Shown here: positions 19,609 through 28,874 of the stretch, piece after piece
Layout: each line of letters opens with the position of its first letter
Numbering within the stretch: the first letter of the stretch is position 1
Source: Rubrobacter sp.
GTDB lineage: Bacteria > Actinomycetota > Rubrobacteria > Rubrobacterales > Rubrobacteraceae
DNA length: 42,539 nucleotides
Assembly: GCA_035697505.1 (NCBI GenBank)
Contig: DASSCV010000406.1
Location: 1 to 42,539 of the forward strand
Direction: 5' to 3'
Program-made: the position numbers and the translations under genes
The notes under the pieces: generated by a model
What the model was told of the DNA's origin: nothing
Database searches by the model: none
Seen by the model: the letters and a program-made list of their open reading frames with translations, nothing else

Positions 19609-20217
19609 TCACCCTCGTCTATGGTCTCCCGTGATCCTCCGGGCAGTCGACGCAGTCTTGTCGACGAGTTCATTCGCCCGTCCGAGACGGTCATCCTCCA
19701 CGTTTGCAGAAGACAGATTGATCTCGGCCAACACCGCTGCGGCGCGTACTCCCGCTTCTGCGAGCAAGACCGCGGCGATCGCGTCTCCCTCGAGGTTGGG
19801 GTTGCCCTCCTCCACCAACCGGGCCGCGATGCCAGCGACCTCGTTCCCTACCTCGGCGACGGCCAGCGGCACGTCGGTGGCCCCTGAGAGAGCATCACTG
19901 ACGCGCTCCCTGCGGGTCTCAGAGTCAGGCTCTCGGTAAGCCTCGAGGACGCGTCCGTAAGACTCTGCGTCGGCCCCGGCGAGAGGTGCGACCATCTGTC
20001 TCGCTGCATCCGCACGCTCGGCCAGCCCGTCGGCGTCGGCTAGCTGGCCCGCAGACAGGCGGGCGGCCATGCCTGACAATCCGGCGGCGAGGGCCACGGC
20101 TACGGCAGCCACGGAGCCTCCGCCGGGGGCCGGGTTGCCCGAGGCCACGAGGTCAAGGAATTCTCCGAGTGGAAGATCCAGATACTCCGATGTGGCGTTC
20201 TCTGGTGACATGTCCAT
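19609..20217 (-). CDS. Cyclodeaminase/cyclohydrolase family (FTCD C-terminal domain)
   Basis: PAPGGGSVAA, GNPNLEGDA, EINL; start possibly 20211. Confidence 0.85.
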   Translation of the reverse strand: MDMSPENATSEYLDLPLGEFLDLVASGNPAPGGGSVAAVAVALAAGLSGMAARLSAGQLADADGLAERADAARQMVAPLAGADAESYGRVLEAYREPDSETRRERVSDALSGATDVPLAVAEVGNEVAGIAARLVEEGNPNLEGDAIAAVLLAEAGVRAAAVLAEINLSSANVEDDRLGRANELVDKTASTARRITGDHRRG

Positions 20218-20226
20218 CCTTCTCGG

Positions 20227-21114
20227 TCAAGCGGAGGTTTCGGCGCGCTCCAGCATCTCACGCCGCCACGCCTCGGTCCTCTCTACCTCGTTGAAAGTGT
20301 AGATGTGGAGACCCTGGATGTTGCTTTCCGGGTCCGCAAATCCAGGTTTCAGGCCCTCGATCAGACGGTCGGGGCTGTAACCACCGGGCAAGAACAGCTT
20401 GAGCAGCCAGTTACGCTGTCTCTTCAAGAAACGCGCCGACTCGCCGAGACCGATGCCGGCGGAGATCCGCACTAGCTTCTGGCGATTCACGTAGCCTGGC
20501 ATACCGACGCGGATCGGCAGCTTTACACCCCGCAACCACACCCGCCTGGCCCAGTCCGAGGTCACCTCAGGGTCGAAGCAGATCTGGCTGATAATGTAGG
20601 TGGCGTAGGGTGACTTTTCGTACATGGCCTGGATCGTCATCTCGTCGCTGATCTTGGGGTGGCTCTCCGGGTAGCCTGTGATGCCAACATCGTGGAGGTC
20701 GTGCCCGATCTCCGACATCGCTCGGAGCAACCCGGCCGCGCCCTCGAACTCCCCTGCTGGCTCATCGACGTCGCCGGCGACGACGAAGGCGTTCCTTATG
20801 CCGGCCTCGCGCAGCCTCTGCAGGATCTCGCTGAGTTCCGACCTGTCCCGAATGAGCCGCGCCGCGAGGTGGGGCGCAACGCCGAAGCCGTGTCCCGCCA
20901 ACCGTTCGGCGAGCTCTACCGTGGCCCAGGTTCCCTTACCAGGCGATGACGTAACCGTGAGCGCTATCTCCTTTGGGACATGCTCGATTACCGATTCCTC
21001 CGTCCCCTGGAGGGGTATCACCTCGTAGCCGGGATGCCGCAGAAACTCTGCCAACCTTCGGTTCGCCCGCAGTCTCAGTTCGGTGTTCTGCTCCGTCGAC
21101 ACGTTCTTTCGCAC
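20227..21114 (-). CDS. metF: Methylenetetrahydrofolate reductase family protein
   Basis: PHLAAR, VVAGD, GYPESHP, SQICFD, LHIYTFN. Confidence 0.82.
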   Translation of the reverse strand: MRKNVSTEQNTELRLRANRRLAEFLRHPGYEVIPLQGTEESVIEHVPKEIALTVTSSPGKGTWATVELAERLAGHGFGVAPHLAARLIRDRSELSEILQRLREAGIRNAFVVAGDVDEPAGEFEGAAGLLRAMSEIGHDLHDVGITGYPESHPKISDEMTIQAMYEKSPYATYIISQICFDPEVTSDWARRVWLRGVKLPIRVGMPGYVNRQKLVRISAGIGLGESARFLKRQRNWLLKLFLPGGYSPDRLIEGLKPGFADPESNIQGLHIYTFNEVERTEAWRREMLERAETSA

Positions 21115-21141
21115 CGGCCCACGTCGCTTTTCTCTGGTGCC

Positions 21142-22338
21142 CTAAGACGCGCTGGCGGCACCCAGGTTCTGCTCGGCCTTCTCCGGTTTGAAGAAGACAC
21201 GGTCGGCCACGGTGGCCGCAACAGTCTCCTCGGGCCGCTCGACCTCGAGCCCGGTTCCCAGCTCGCTGTACTCGACGGGCACCATGGCAAACCCGATGTT
21301 CTTCTGCAAGCGCGGCGAATAGCAGGCCGAGGTGACCTTGCCGATTCTCTCGCCGTGTTTGTGGACCGGGAAGTAATCGATCATGGAGCCGTCGTTGTAC
21401 GACCCGAGGTTGCTGCCCCCGATCTCGACGCCGACCAGCTTGCGGCTGACGCCCTTCTCGCTGATCCTCTTCAGCGCCTCCCTTCCGACGAAGTCCTGCT
21501 CTTGCTCCAACTCGACCATCCACTTGTAGCCGTATCCAACTTCGTAGGGGTTGGTGTCGTACCACATGTCGCAGCCCAGGGCCAGGATGCCGCCCTCGAT
21601 CCTGCGGATGTGGCATGGTCCGATCGGGGATATCCCGTGTGGCTCGCCGGCCTGCAGCATCCGGTCCCAGAGCTTGAGCCCGTCGCGGCTCGCGTTCTTC
21701 AGGTAGAGTTCGTATCCCAGCTCCCCGGAGTATCCGGTGCGGGAGATCACAAGCTCCATCCCGTCGAGTTCCCTGTGCACCATATAATAGTACGGCACCT
21801 CGAGTATCTCCTCACCGAAGAGGTCGGTCATCACCTCCCTGGACTTCGGCCCCTGCACTTGCATCGGGCCGACGTCGGGCTCCTTGATCTCCACGTTCAG
21901 CCCCATGTTGTAAGCGAGCCCCTGCGCCCATAGCAGCACGTCGCTGTCGGCCAGGGAGAGCCAGAAGTGGTTCTCGTCGAGCCGCAGCAGCACGGGGTCG
22001 TTGATAATACCGCCCTCGGCGTTGGTGATGAAGGCGTACTTGCACTGCCCTACGGCGCACTTATTGAGATTGCGTGGGGTTAGCATGTTGGTGAACTCGA
22101 AGGCGTCGGGACCTGTGATCTCGACCTGCCTTTCGGCCCCCCCGACGTCCCAGAGGGTAACGCCCTCCAGGAGCTGCCAGTACTCCTCGACAGGGTCCCT
22201 GTAGTAGCGTGGATGGTAGTGATGGTTGTAGACACTGTATTTCTGGACCCCGTGCCGCCGCGAACCGTAGAAGTACGGTGACTTGAATATCCTGGTGTAC
22301 TGCAGGATGCCAGGATCGGGATTGACGTTATAGTCCAT
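21142..22338 (-). CDS. THF-dependent methyltransferase, GcvT superfamily, DmdA-like
   Basis: LWDV..ERQVEITG, NDPVLLRL..NHFWLSLADSDVLLWAQGLA, QVQGPKS, RRIEGGIL. The pattern recalls DMSP demethylase DmdA more than glycine-cleavage GcvT. Confidence 0.75.
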   Translation of the reverse strand: MDYNVNPDPGILQYTRIFKSPYFYGSRRHGVQKYSVYNHHYHPRYYRDPVEEYWQLLEGVTLWDVGGAERQVEITGPDAFEFTNMLTPRNLNKCAVGQCKYAFITNAEGGIINDPVLLRLDENHFWLSLADSDVLLWAQGLAYNMGLNVEIKEPDVGPMQVQGPKSREVMTDLFGEEILEVPYYYMVHRELDGMELVISRTGYSGELGYELYLKNASRDGLKLWDRMLQAGEPHGISPIGPCHIRRIEGGILALGCDMWYDTNPYEVGYGYKWMVELEQEQDFVGREALKRISEKGVSRKLVGVEIGGSNLGSYNDGSMIDYFPVHKHGERIGKVTSACYSPRLQKNIGFAMVPVEYSELGTGLEVERPEETVAATVADRVFFKPEKAEQNLGAASAS

Positions 22339-22382
22339 CGAAAATCTCTCCTTTCACTCGGTATTCGGCTCGCAAGCCTCCA

Positions 22383-24824
22383 TCACGCCCTCATCCTCTT
22401 CATCGCCGGATCGAAGAGCGGTTCCTCGGTGACCGTCGCCTGATGGCGCCGACCGAAATACTCGATCTCCAGAGGGTTCCCCACCCCGGCATGCTCGGGC
22501 GACACCCAAGCGTAGGCGATGCTCTGTCCGAGCGAGTATCCGAAGTCGGCGCTTGTTGCGTAGCCGACCGCCCTCTCGGCCCAGACCGGCTCGTTGCCCA
22601 TGACCACGACGTTCGGATCGTCGAGCACCAGGCACACCAGCTTCCGGCGTGGTCCGGCTTCTTTGCGCTCGAGTAGCGCCTCGCGGCCGACGAAGTCGCC
22701 CTTATCCGGCTTGACGGCGAAACCGAGGCCCGCCTCGTAGGGGTCGTGCTCGGTGGTCATGTCGGTGCCCCAGGCACGGTAGCCCTTCTCCACGCGCAGC
22801 GCGTTGAAGGCGCCGCGTCCGCCTGCGAGCATACCGTAGGGCCGTCCTGCCTCCCACAGGAGATCCCACAGCCTCAACCCCAGGTCGGCGGAGGTGTAGA
22901 TCTCCCATCCCAGCTCCCCAACGTAGGAGAGCCTTAGCGCCGTCACAGGCACCTCGCGCAAGTACGCCCGCCTGGCGTTGAAGAACCCGAAAGCCTCGTT
23001 CGAAAAGTCGTCCTCGGAGAGGCTCTGCACCACATCGCGGGCAGCGGGACCCCACACCCCTATACAACAAGTCCCCGGTGTGATATCCCGCACTGAGACG
23101 GAGCCGTCGGCCGGCAGGTGACGCCCCATCCACTCGATGTCCCGCGGGCCGTTGAGGCCTAATTGGAACTGGTCCTCGCCGAGCCGCGCCACGGTCACGT
23201 CGCTCCGGATGCCGGCAGCACCGTCAAGCATGAGCGTGTATGTTACCTTTCCGGCTGGCTTGTCGAGCTGTCCCGTAGTCAGCCCCTGCAGAAAATCCAG
23301 GGCGCCGGGTCCGCTCACCTCGGCCTTCTTCAGGGAGGTCATGTCGTAGAGGGCCACGCGCTCGCGGGTGGCCAGGGCTTCGGCGGCGACGATCTTCGAC
23401 CAGTACCTTCCTGCCCACTCTCCGCGGTCGGGGACCTCGGGCCCGTCGAGAAGCGTCTCGTTGGCCTCGAACCATTGCGGCCGCTCCCAGCCTGAGGCCT
23501 CGAGGAAGTGGGCCCCCAGCTCCTTCTGGCGCGTGTAGAAGGGGCTTGTGCGCAAGGGGCGCGGTTCCTCCATCGGCTGCTGGGGGTGGATGATGTCATA
23601 GACCTCCCGGAACGACTGTGCGCTCCGGGTCAGGATGTAAGAAGGGCTCAGGGCGTAGGGCTCGAAGCGGTGGACGTCGGCGCCGCTTAAGTCCATACCC
23701 GGTTCGCCTGAGGTGATCCACTCGGCCATCACCTTCCCCACGCCGATTGCGTGGGTGATCCAGACCGCCTCAGCGATCCAGAACCCCCTGACTTCCTTCG
23801 ACTCGCCGAGCAGAGGACCGCCGTCAGGCGTAAAGGAGAACAGCCCGTTCATCGGCCGGTCTATCTCCGCACTCTCCAGGGCGGGGAGCAACCTGCGCGC
23901 CTCTTGCCAGGAGGGCTCGAAGTCCTCTGGCGTGAACTCCCAGACCGAAGGAAACTCTCCTTCACCCCTGTAGTCCCTCCCGATGTCGTCGGCGGAGACG
24001 GGCATGGGCCTGTGCCTGTAAGTCCCGATGCCGTATCGATCCTCCCTCTGGCGGAAGTACATCGAGAAGTCCTGGTGGCGCAGGATAGGATGAACGACCT
24101 CACTCGTCTCCCCTGCAAGCTCCTCCAGCGGCGTGGTCCACGCGTACTGGTGCTGCATCGGCACGAGCGGCACCTTCATGCCGACCATCCGCCCGATCCT
24201 GGGCCCCCACATCCCCGCGCAGCTCACGACGAGCTCGGTCTCGACGCGGCCCCTGTCCGTCTCGACGGATCTCACGCCACCATCCTTGACCTCGATGCCC
24301 GTGACTTCGGTCTCACCGTAGAACTTCGCGCCGCGCTCCCCGGCCAGCCGGGCCATCGCCTCGCAGGCCCTGACAGCTTTGGCGATGCCGTCTGTGGGAA
24401 CATAGAAGCCGCCCCTGATCCTTGTGGGATCCAGAACCGGCACTCTCTCCGCGCACTCCTGAGGCGAAATGAGCTCGGATTCGAGCCCCCACGAGGTCGC
24501 GAGCCCGTGCTTGCGCTCGAGATCGTCCCACCGCTCCTGAGTCTCGGCGACCTCTATGCCCCCCACCTGGTAGCCACACGGCCGGCCGTCCAGCTCGAGC
24601 TCCACGTAACGCCCGACGCTGTATTTGGCGAGGTCGGTCATCGTCTTGGACGGGTTTGTCTGGAACATGAGCCCGGGAGCGTGGGAAGTGGACCCACCAG
24701 CCTCGAAGAGCGGCCCCTGATCCAAGATCACCACATCCCGCCAGCCGAGCCGAGCCAGATGCTCCGCCACACTGCAGCCGACGATGCCGGCCCCGACGAT
24801 CACTACCCTCGCACTACTCTCCAT
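22383..24824 (-). CDS. Dimethylglycine oxidase/dehydrogenase-type flavoprotein (FAD + GcvT domains)
   Basis: GAGIVG, GGSTSHAPG (flavinylated His), LRHQD, FSFTPDG, EAVWITH, GWERP, LRVEKGY; 813 aa. Confidence 0.9.
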   Translation of the reverse strand: MESSARVVIVGAGIVGCSVAEHLARLGWRDVVILDQGPLFEAGGSTSHAPGLMFQTNPSKTMTDLAKYSVGRYVELELDGRPCGYQVGGIEVAETQERWDDLERKHGLATSWGLESELISPQECAERVPVLDPTRIRGGFYVPTDGIAKAVRACEAMARLAGERGAKFYGETEVTGIEVKDGGVRSVETDRGRVETELVVSCAGMWGPRIGRMVGMKVPLVPMQHQYAWTTPLEELAGETSEVVHPILRHQDFSMYFRQREDRYGIGTYRHRPMPVSADDIGRDYRGEGEFPSVWEFTPEDFEPSWQEARRLLPALESAEIDRPMNGLFSFTPDGGPLLGESKEVRGFWIAEAVWITHAIGVGKVMAEWITSGEPGMDLSGADVHRFEPYALSPSYILTRSAQSFREVYDIIHPQQPMEEPRPLRTSPFYTRQKELGAHFLEASGWERPQWFEANETLLDGPEVPDRGEWAGRYWSKIVAAEALATRERVALYDMTSLKKAEVSGPGALDFLQGLTTGQLDKPAGKVTYTLMLDGAAGIRSDVTVARLGEDQFQLGLNGPRDIEWMGRHLPADGSVSVRDITPGTCCIGVWGPAARDVVQSLSEDDFSNEAFGFFNARRAYLREVPVTALRLSYVGELGWEIYTSADLGLRLWDLLWEAGRPYGMLAGGRGAFNALRVEKGYRAWGTDMTTEHDPYEAGLGFAVKPDKGDFVGREALLERKEAGPRRKLVCLVLDDPNVVVMGNEPVWAERAVGYATSADFGYSLGQSIAYAWVSPEHAGVGNPLEIEYFGRRHQATVTEEPLFDPAMKRMRA

Positions 24825-24937
24825 ACATTACCCCAAGCCGCCACAAGCAGACCGGGAACACCAGGCCCCGCTGCCTCCGCCCAACCTCCCAGAAGACCCC
24901 GCAGTAGAACAGCACCCACACGGACGTGTTCGAGGTT

Positions 24938-24976
24938 TGTTGCGCATGGCGAATCGTCTTTCTGTATGCGGCACAA
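24938..24976. promoter_or_regulatory. Imperfect inverted repeat, candidate IclR operator
   Basis: TTGTTGCGCAT ... ATGCGGCACAA upstream of the demethylation operon. Confidence 0.4.
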
Positions 24977-25081
24977 GTAACACAAGGCGGCGCGGGAGTC
25001 AAGAAGCTGGTCAGGAAGTCAGCTTGTTGCATGCTAGCCCTGGCTGACTTGCCAACCGGCGACGCAGACGTGCTGACATGC

Positions 25082-25117
25082 GCGGAATGAGGAAGGGTTG
25101 ACTCTTCCTCATCCCGC
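25082..25117 (-). terminator. Stem-loop downstream of hsp20
   Basis: Minus strand GCGGGATGAGGAAG-AGTCAACC-CTTCCTCATTCCGC. Confidence 0.55.
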
Positions 25118-25128
25118 TGTAGAAGCGC

Positions 25129-25578
25129 TTAGCTGGTCCGGCTCCCTATCTGTATGCGCTCGGGTTCTGGATGATCTGCTCCGCCCTTTACGGTGACCTC
25201 GAGCAGTCCGTTCTCGAAGTCGGCGCTTATCCTGCTGCCGTCTATGCCCTCAGGCAGGTTCATGGTCCGTCTGAAGTGCCCGTAATAGCGCTCTCGGGCG
25301 TAGTACATAACATCCTCCGGTTCGCCCCTGCGTTGCCCGTCGATGGTCAGAACGCCGCCGGAGAGGGAGACATCCACGTCCTCCCTTTCTACGCCGGCGA
25401 GCTCGCAACGTATCACCAGATCGTCGCCCTTGGCGAAGATGTCGGCGGTGGGAACCCAGGCGGTCGCGTGGGTCCTCCGCTGGTCTTCCTGTCCCCCGCC
25501 CTCGGCGTACTCCCGCATCCTGGCCATCTCGCTCATGTGGTCCATGAGCCCCCGAAATGGGTTGCGTGTCATGCCCAT
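25129..25578 (-). CDS. Hsp20/alpha-crystallin small heat shock protein
   Basis: WVPTADI, ELAGV, RERYYGHFRRTMNLP, FENGLLEV; SD AAGGAGG before ATG 25578. Confidence 0.92.
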   Translation of the reverse strand: MGMTRNPFRGLMDHMSEMARMREYAEGGGQEDQRRTHATAWVPTADIFAKGDDLVIRCELAGVEREDVDVSLSGGVLTIDGQRRGEPEDVMYYARERYYGHFRRTMNLPEGIDGSRISADFENGLLEVTVKGGADHPEPERIQIGSRTS

Positions 25579-25619
25579 CTTCCCTCCTTCTGTATTCCGG
25601 CCCGCCACTCCGATACGAC

Positions 25620-25645
25620 GGGCGGGTAGCTAAAGCCACCCGCCC
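25620..25645 (-). terminator. Stem-loop downstream of the BCCT gene
   Basis: Minus strand GGGCGGGTGGC-TTTA-GCTACCCGCCC. Confidence 0.5.
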
Positions 25646-25685
25646 AGGCCGTCTCTGGGGCGTGTTCTAGATCTCGAAAGGCTTT

Positions 25686-27347
25686 CTAGCCGCGGGGCCC
25701 GCGCTGCTCTTCGGGGTCCTCCGCCGCCATCTGCTGCGGTGCCGTTGTGCCCGGCTGACGGGACATAGCCCTGTCTGGCTCGGGCGCCTCACGTCCTGGT
25801 TCACCCCCGGGCACCCGCTCCTCGCGCAGCGCTCTCATGATGGAGAAGCACAGCCCGATCAGGATGAGCACGAACGGCGCCGCTGACGCGATGGCCACAG
25901 ACTGCAGGGCTGTAATAGCGGCGTCAACCGAGCCTTGGATCGCCCCTGCCAGCAGACAGATCGCTGCGGCTGCCCCGGTGAAGGTGCCCCACACGATGAT
26001 GTTCCACGATTTGGGGTGCAGGTTGCCCCTGGAGGAAAGCATGCCCATCACCACCGAGGCCGCATCGGCCCCGCTGATGAAGAACAGGGCGACCAGGACG
26101 ACCACGATGAGCGCCGTCAGCCAGAACAGCGGAAACTGTTGCAGGGTGAGGAAGAGCGCCCCCGGCTGGTTTCCTGCGGACACGGGACCGGCGATGTCCG
26201 CCGCTCCCGAGAGCTGCAAGTCTATGGCCGTCCCGCCGAGGATGGCGAACCACACGAAGCTGACCACACTGGGGACCAGGATAACCCCGACGACGAACTC
26301 ACGGATGGTGCGGCCCCTGGAGATGCGGGCGATAAAGGTTCCCACGAACGGTGCCCAGGAGATCCACCACGCCCAATAGAACACGGTCCAGCCGGAGACG
26401 AAGGCCGAGTCGCCGTAAGAGGCGGTCCTGAAGCTCATCGGAATGATATTGGCCAGGTAGCCCCCGATAGACTGAACGAAGGTGTCCAGGATGAAGACCG
26501 TTGGACCCAGAACGAACAGGAACAACAACAGGAACACGGCAAGGACCATGTTGGTGTTCGCGAGCCACTGGATGCCGCGGTGCACACCGCTTATCGCCGA
26601 GAGGATAAAGCACACTGTCAGGACGGCGATGACCACGATCGCTATCCCGACGGCGTTCTTGCCGCCGACGCCGAACAGAACGTTCAACCCCTGGTTGATC
26701 TGCAGGGCGCCCAGGCCAAGCGAAGTAGCCGAACCGAACAGGGTGGCGAAGATCGCCAGGATGTCTATGGTCTTGCCTACCGGACCGTAGACTCTGTCTC
26801 CGAGCAGCGGGTAGAAGGCCGTGCTGATCAGGTTAGGCATCCCCTTGCGGAAGCAGAAGTACGCGAGCGCGAGACCGACGATCGCGTAGATCGCCCAAGG
26901 GTGCAGCGCCCAGTGGAAGTAGGAGTACTCCATCGCGACCTGGGCGGCCCCCTTCGTGTTGGGGTCAGCCAGACCGAACGGGGGGGTGCCCATATGCGAC
27001 ATGGGCTCCGCCACACCGAAGAACATGAGCCCTATGCCCATCCCAGCACTGAACATCATCGCGACCCAAGATACCGTGCTGAACTCGGGTCGTTCGTCGT
27101 CTCCACCAAGCCTGATCCTACCGTAGCGACTCGCCGCCAGGTAGATCGAAAAGGCCAAAAAACCGAAGGACGACAGTATGAATACCCAACCGAAATTGGG
27201 GATCAGGTAGGAGAACAGCACGGCGTCGAAAACGGCGGACAGGCTGTCCGCAAAGAATACACCCCACGCCACGAATATCGCCGAAAGGATCGCTGCAACC
27301 CAGAATACAGTGGAATCGATCCTCGGACTTTCCTCTCTTTGCTCCAT
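25686..27347 (-). CDS. BCCT family betaine/choline/carnitine transporter
   Basis: SWVAMMFSAGMGIGL, FHWALHPWAIY, WTVFYWAWWISWAPFVGTFIARISRGRTIREF. Confidence 0.95.
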   Translation of the reverse strand: MEQREESPRIDSTVFWVAAILSAIFVAWGVFFADSLSAVFDAVLFSYLIPNFGWVFILSSFGFLAFSIYLAASRYGRIRLGGDDERPEFSTVSWVAMMFSAGMGIGLMFFGVAEPMSHMGTPPFGLADPNTKGAAQVAMEYSYFHWALHPWAIYAIVGLALAYFCFRKGMPNLISTAFYPLLGDRVYGPVGKTIDILAIFATLFGSATSLGLGALQINQGLNVLFGVGGKNAVGIAIVVIAVLTVCFILSAISGVHRGIQWLANTNMVLAVFLLLFLFVLGPTVFILDTFVQSIGGYLANIIPMSFRTASYGDSAFVSGWTVFYWAWWISWAPFVGTFIARISRGRTIREFVVGVILVPSVVSFVWFAILGGTAIDLQLSGAADIAGPVSAGNQPGALFLTLQQFPLFWLTALIVVVLVALFFISGADAASVVMGMLSSRGNLHPKSWNIIVWGTFTGAAAAICLLAGAIQGSVDAAITALQSVAIASAAPFVLILIGLCFSIMRALREERVPGGEPGREAPEPDRAMSRQPGTTAPQQMAAEDPEEQRGPRG

Positions 27348-27499
27348 AGGTCTCCTTCCCTTGCTCCCCTTCGGAATACCAGCTTACACTAACCTAGCAC
27401 CATAGCAGGAGGATACAAGCCCCATACTCGATAGTGCAACACGTTTCAACCTCATCCGACCGTCAGCGACGTCGGACGGGGCTTCTATCGAGACGGTGC

Positions 27500-27660
27500 T
27501 TCGCCTGCCCTGGCCCACACTTCTCGCCATTGAGGCCGAACTCGCCCGTCTCTGCGTCGAGGGCGGCCGTACCTCCCAGGATAAGTCTGCCGCCGGCTGA
27601 CAAAAAGCTCTCTAGCCTCTCGCGAAGGTCTTCGTTCACGCTCATTAGACGCGCCAGTGT
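27500..27660 (-). pseudogene. Internal fragment resembling a glycoside hydrolase trimerization/GATase-like domain
   Basis: VNEDLRERLESFLSAGGRLILGGTAALD with no start; abuts the IS end. Confidence 0.3.
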
Positions 27661-27664
27661 CCCC

Positions 27665-27945
27665 TGAATGAGTGTTGCGAGGTTTTCATGCCCACAGTTC
27701 CTTGATGCATCCCTGCGGCCTGCCCAACAGCCGGTTGATGTGAAATGCGTAGAGGTGTAGGCGGAGATCTTCGCCAAGATCCTGGTCGCAAGCCCCGCAC
27801 CAGAGTCCTCGCCAGCATCCAACCGAGCCCGAACACCCGCTTGAGGCTCGAAAGAGCGATCTCTATGCGCAGCCTCCGACCGTGCTGGTGGGCCCTCTCG
27901 GTCAGCAGGGAGATCGCCTTAGGAAGAGAGGAGGACACTCGACAG
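27665..27945 (-). mobile_element. IS982-like transposase C-terminal remnant with right end
   Basis: Across frameshifts: RIEIALSSLKRVFGLG / GLATRILAKISAYT / YAFHINRLLGRPQGCIKELWA* (stop 27686-27688), followed by AAACCTCGCAACACTCATT, a plausible IS terminus. Confidence 0.6.
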
Positions 27946-27951
27946 CGGGTG

Positions 27952-27993
27952 CTATTCACCCGATGTCGGAGTGACGGAGTTCTAAGAAGTTGA
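27952..27993 (+). repeat. 42-bp site, copy 1
   Basis: CTATTCACC-CGATGTCGGAGTGACGGAG-TTCTAA-GAAGTTGA. Confidence 0.6.
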
Positions 27994-28001
27994 GCTCTCT
28001 C

Positions 28002-28430
28002 TTACTCCCTGACTATTGTGACCGGGCAGTGAGCGTGGCGGACTACCGAGTCAGAGACACTGCCCATAAGAGCCCTCCTCATCCTTCCACGCCCCCTGCT
28101 GCCCATAACTATCAACCCGATGTCTAAGCTATGGGCCAAGTCGACTATCTCCTCGTCTGCCTTTCCTTGCCTTAAGTGCGCCTCCTTGACGGTGCCTCCT
28201 GCCTCCTGGACTGTTCTCCGCTGTTCATCAAGCAGCCGGTGTGCCTCGCGTTGGAGTTCAGCGGGTTCTTCTTCGGTTTGAGCCAGAAAGGTCGGCTCAA
28301 ACTCTCCGACGTGAACAACGTGCAGCTCAGAGTTGGTGCTGTTGGCCAGATCGGCAGCGGTGGTTGCGGCCAACTTGGCCTCCCTGGAGCCGTCGGTGGC
28401 CAGAAGGACCTTGGTGGGGAATATACTCAC
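28002..28430 (-). CDS. Universal stress protein (paralog of 8091-8549)
   Basis: MSIFPTKVLLATDGS...LMGSVSDSVVRHAHCPVTIVRE; SD AAGGAGG. Confidence 0.93.
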   Translation of the reverse strand: MSIFPTKVLLATDGSREAKLAATTAADLANSTNSELHVVHVGEFEPTFLAQTEEEPAELQREAHRLLDEQRRTVQEAGGTVKEAHLRQGKADEEIVDLAHSLDIGLIVMGSRGRGRMRRALMGSVSDSVVRHAHCPVTIVRE

Positions 28431-28509
28431 TGGGCTAACCTCCTTACTCTACGCCCCTCCTTGGGCATCATGATGCCACAGGCCGAGGTTCAGCGCTTGC
28501 GTCCGGAGT

Positions 28510-28582
28510 CTATTCACCAGAGTGCGTGGAAGGTGAATTCTCCGAAGTTGACCTTCCGCTTTACGGAGTTCTCCGACGTTCA
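28510..28582 (+). repeat. 42-bp site, copy 2 (28510-28551), plus a duplicated right half (28563-28582)
   Basis: CTATTCACC-AGAGTGCGTGGAAGGTGAA-TTCTCC-GAAGTTGA, then ACGGAGTTCTCCGACGTTCA. Confidence 0.6.
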
Positions 28583-28774
28583 CCTGGAGGGTTGCACCAG
28601 GAGGGACAAGTTACAGGCACCGAGGTCGGCGACGAAGAAGGTTACCTCGAGGTCGAGGTCACAAGCGACGACGGCAGCCAGGCCGACGTCCACCTCGACT
28701 GCGACTTCAACGTCCTCACCACGTTGACAGATGACGAAAGCCCCGACGGTAAAGACAAGCCTAACAACGACTAG
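28583..28774 (+). pseudogene. PepSY-like domain protein, 5'-truncated
   Basis: GQVTGTEVGDEEGYLEVEVTSDDGSQADVHLDCDFNVL; no signal peptide or N-terminus; the upstream frame runs into the repeat. Confidence 0.55.
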
Positions 28775-28874
28775 CATCCCAGCGGTGTTGGAAGGGACAG
28801 GGAGACGCTGACCTGGCCCCTTATCTTGCCCTTACGCACCGAACATCGGGGTGGTGTGGATCTCCTTTCTTCGA

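Noticed and set aside
24828-24947. 39-aa Cys/Gly-rich upstream ORF (MRNKPRTRPCGCCSTAG...) ending 3 nt before the oxidase start
   Set aside because: No SD, the ATG lies inside the putative operator, and the composition is expected from GC-rich leader DNA. Only conservation in relatives would rescue it.
27952-28582. CRISPR array
   Set aside because: Only two imperfect units about 560 bp apart, with no regular spacers and no cas genes
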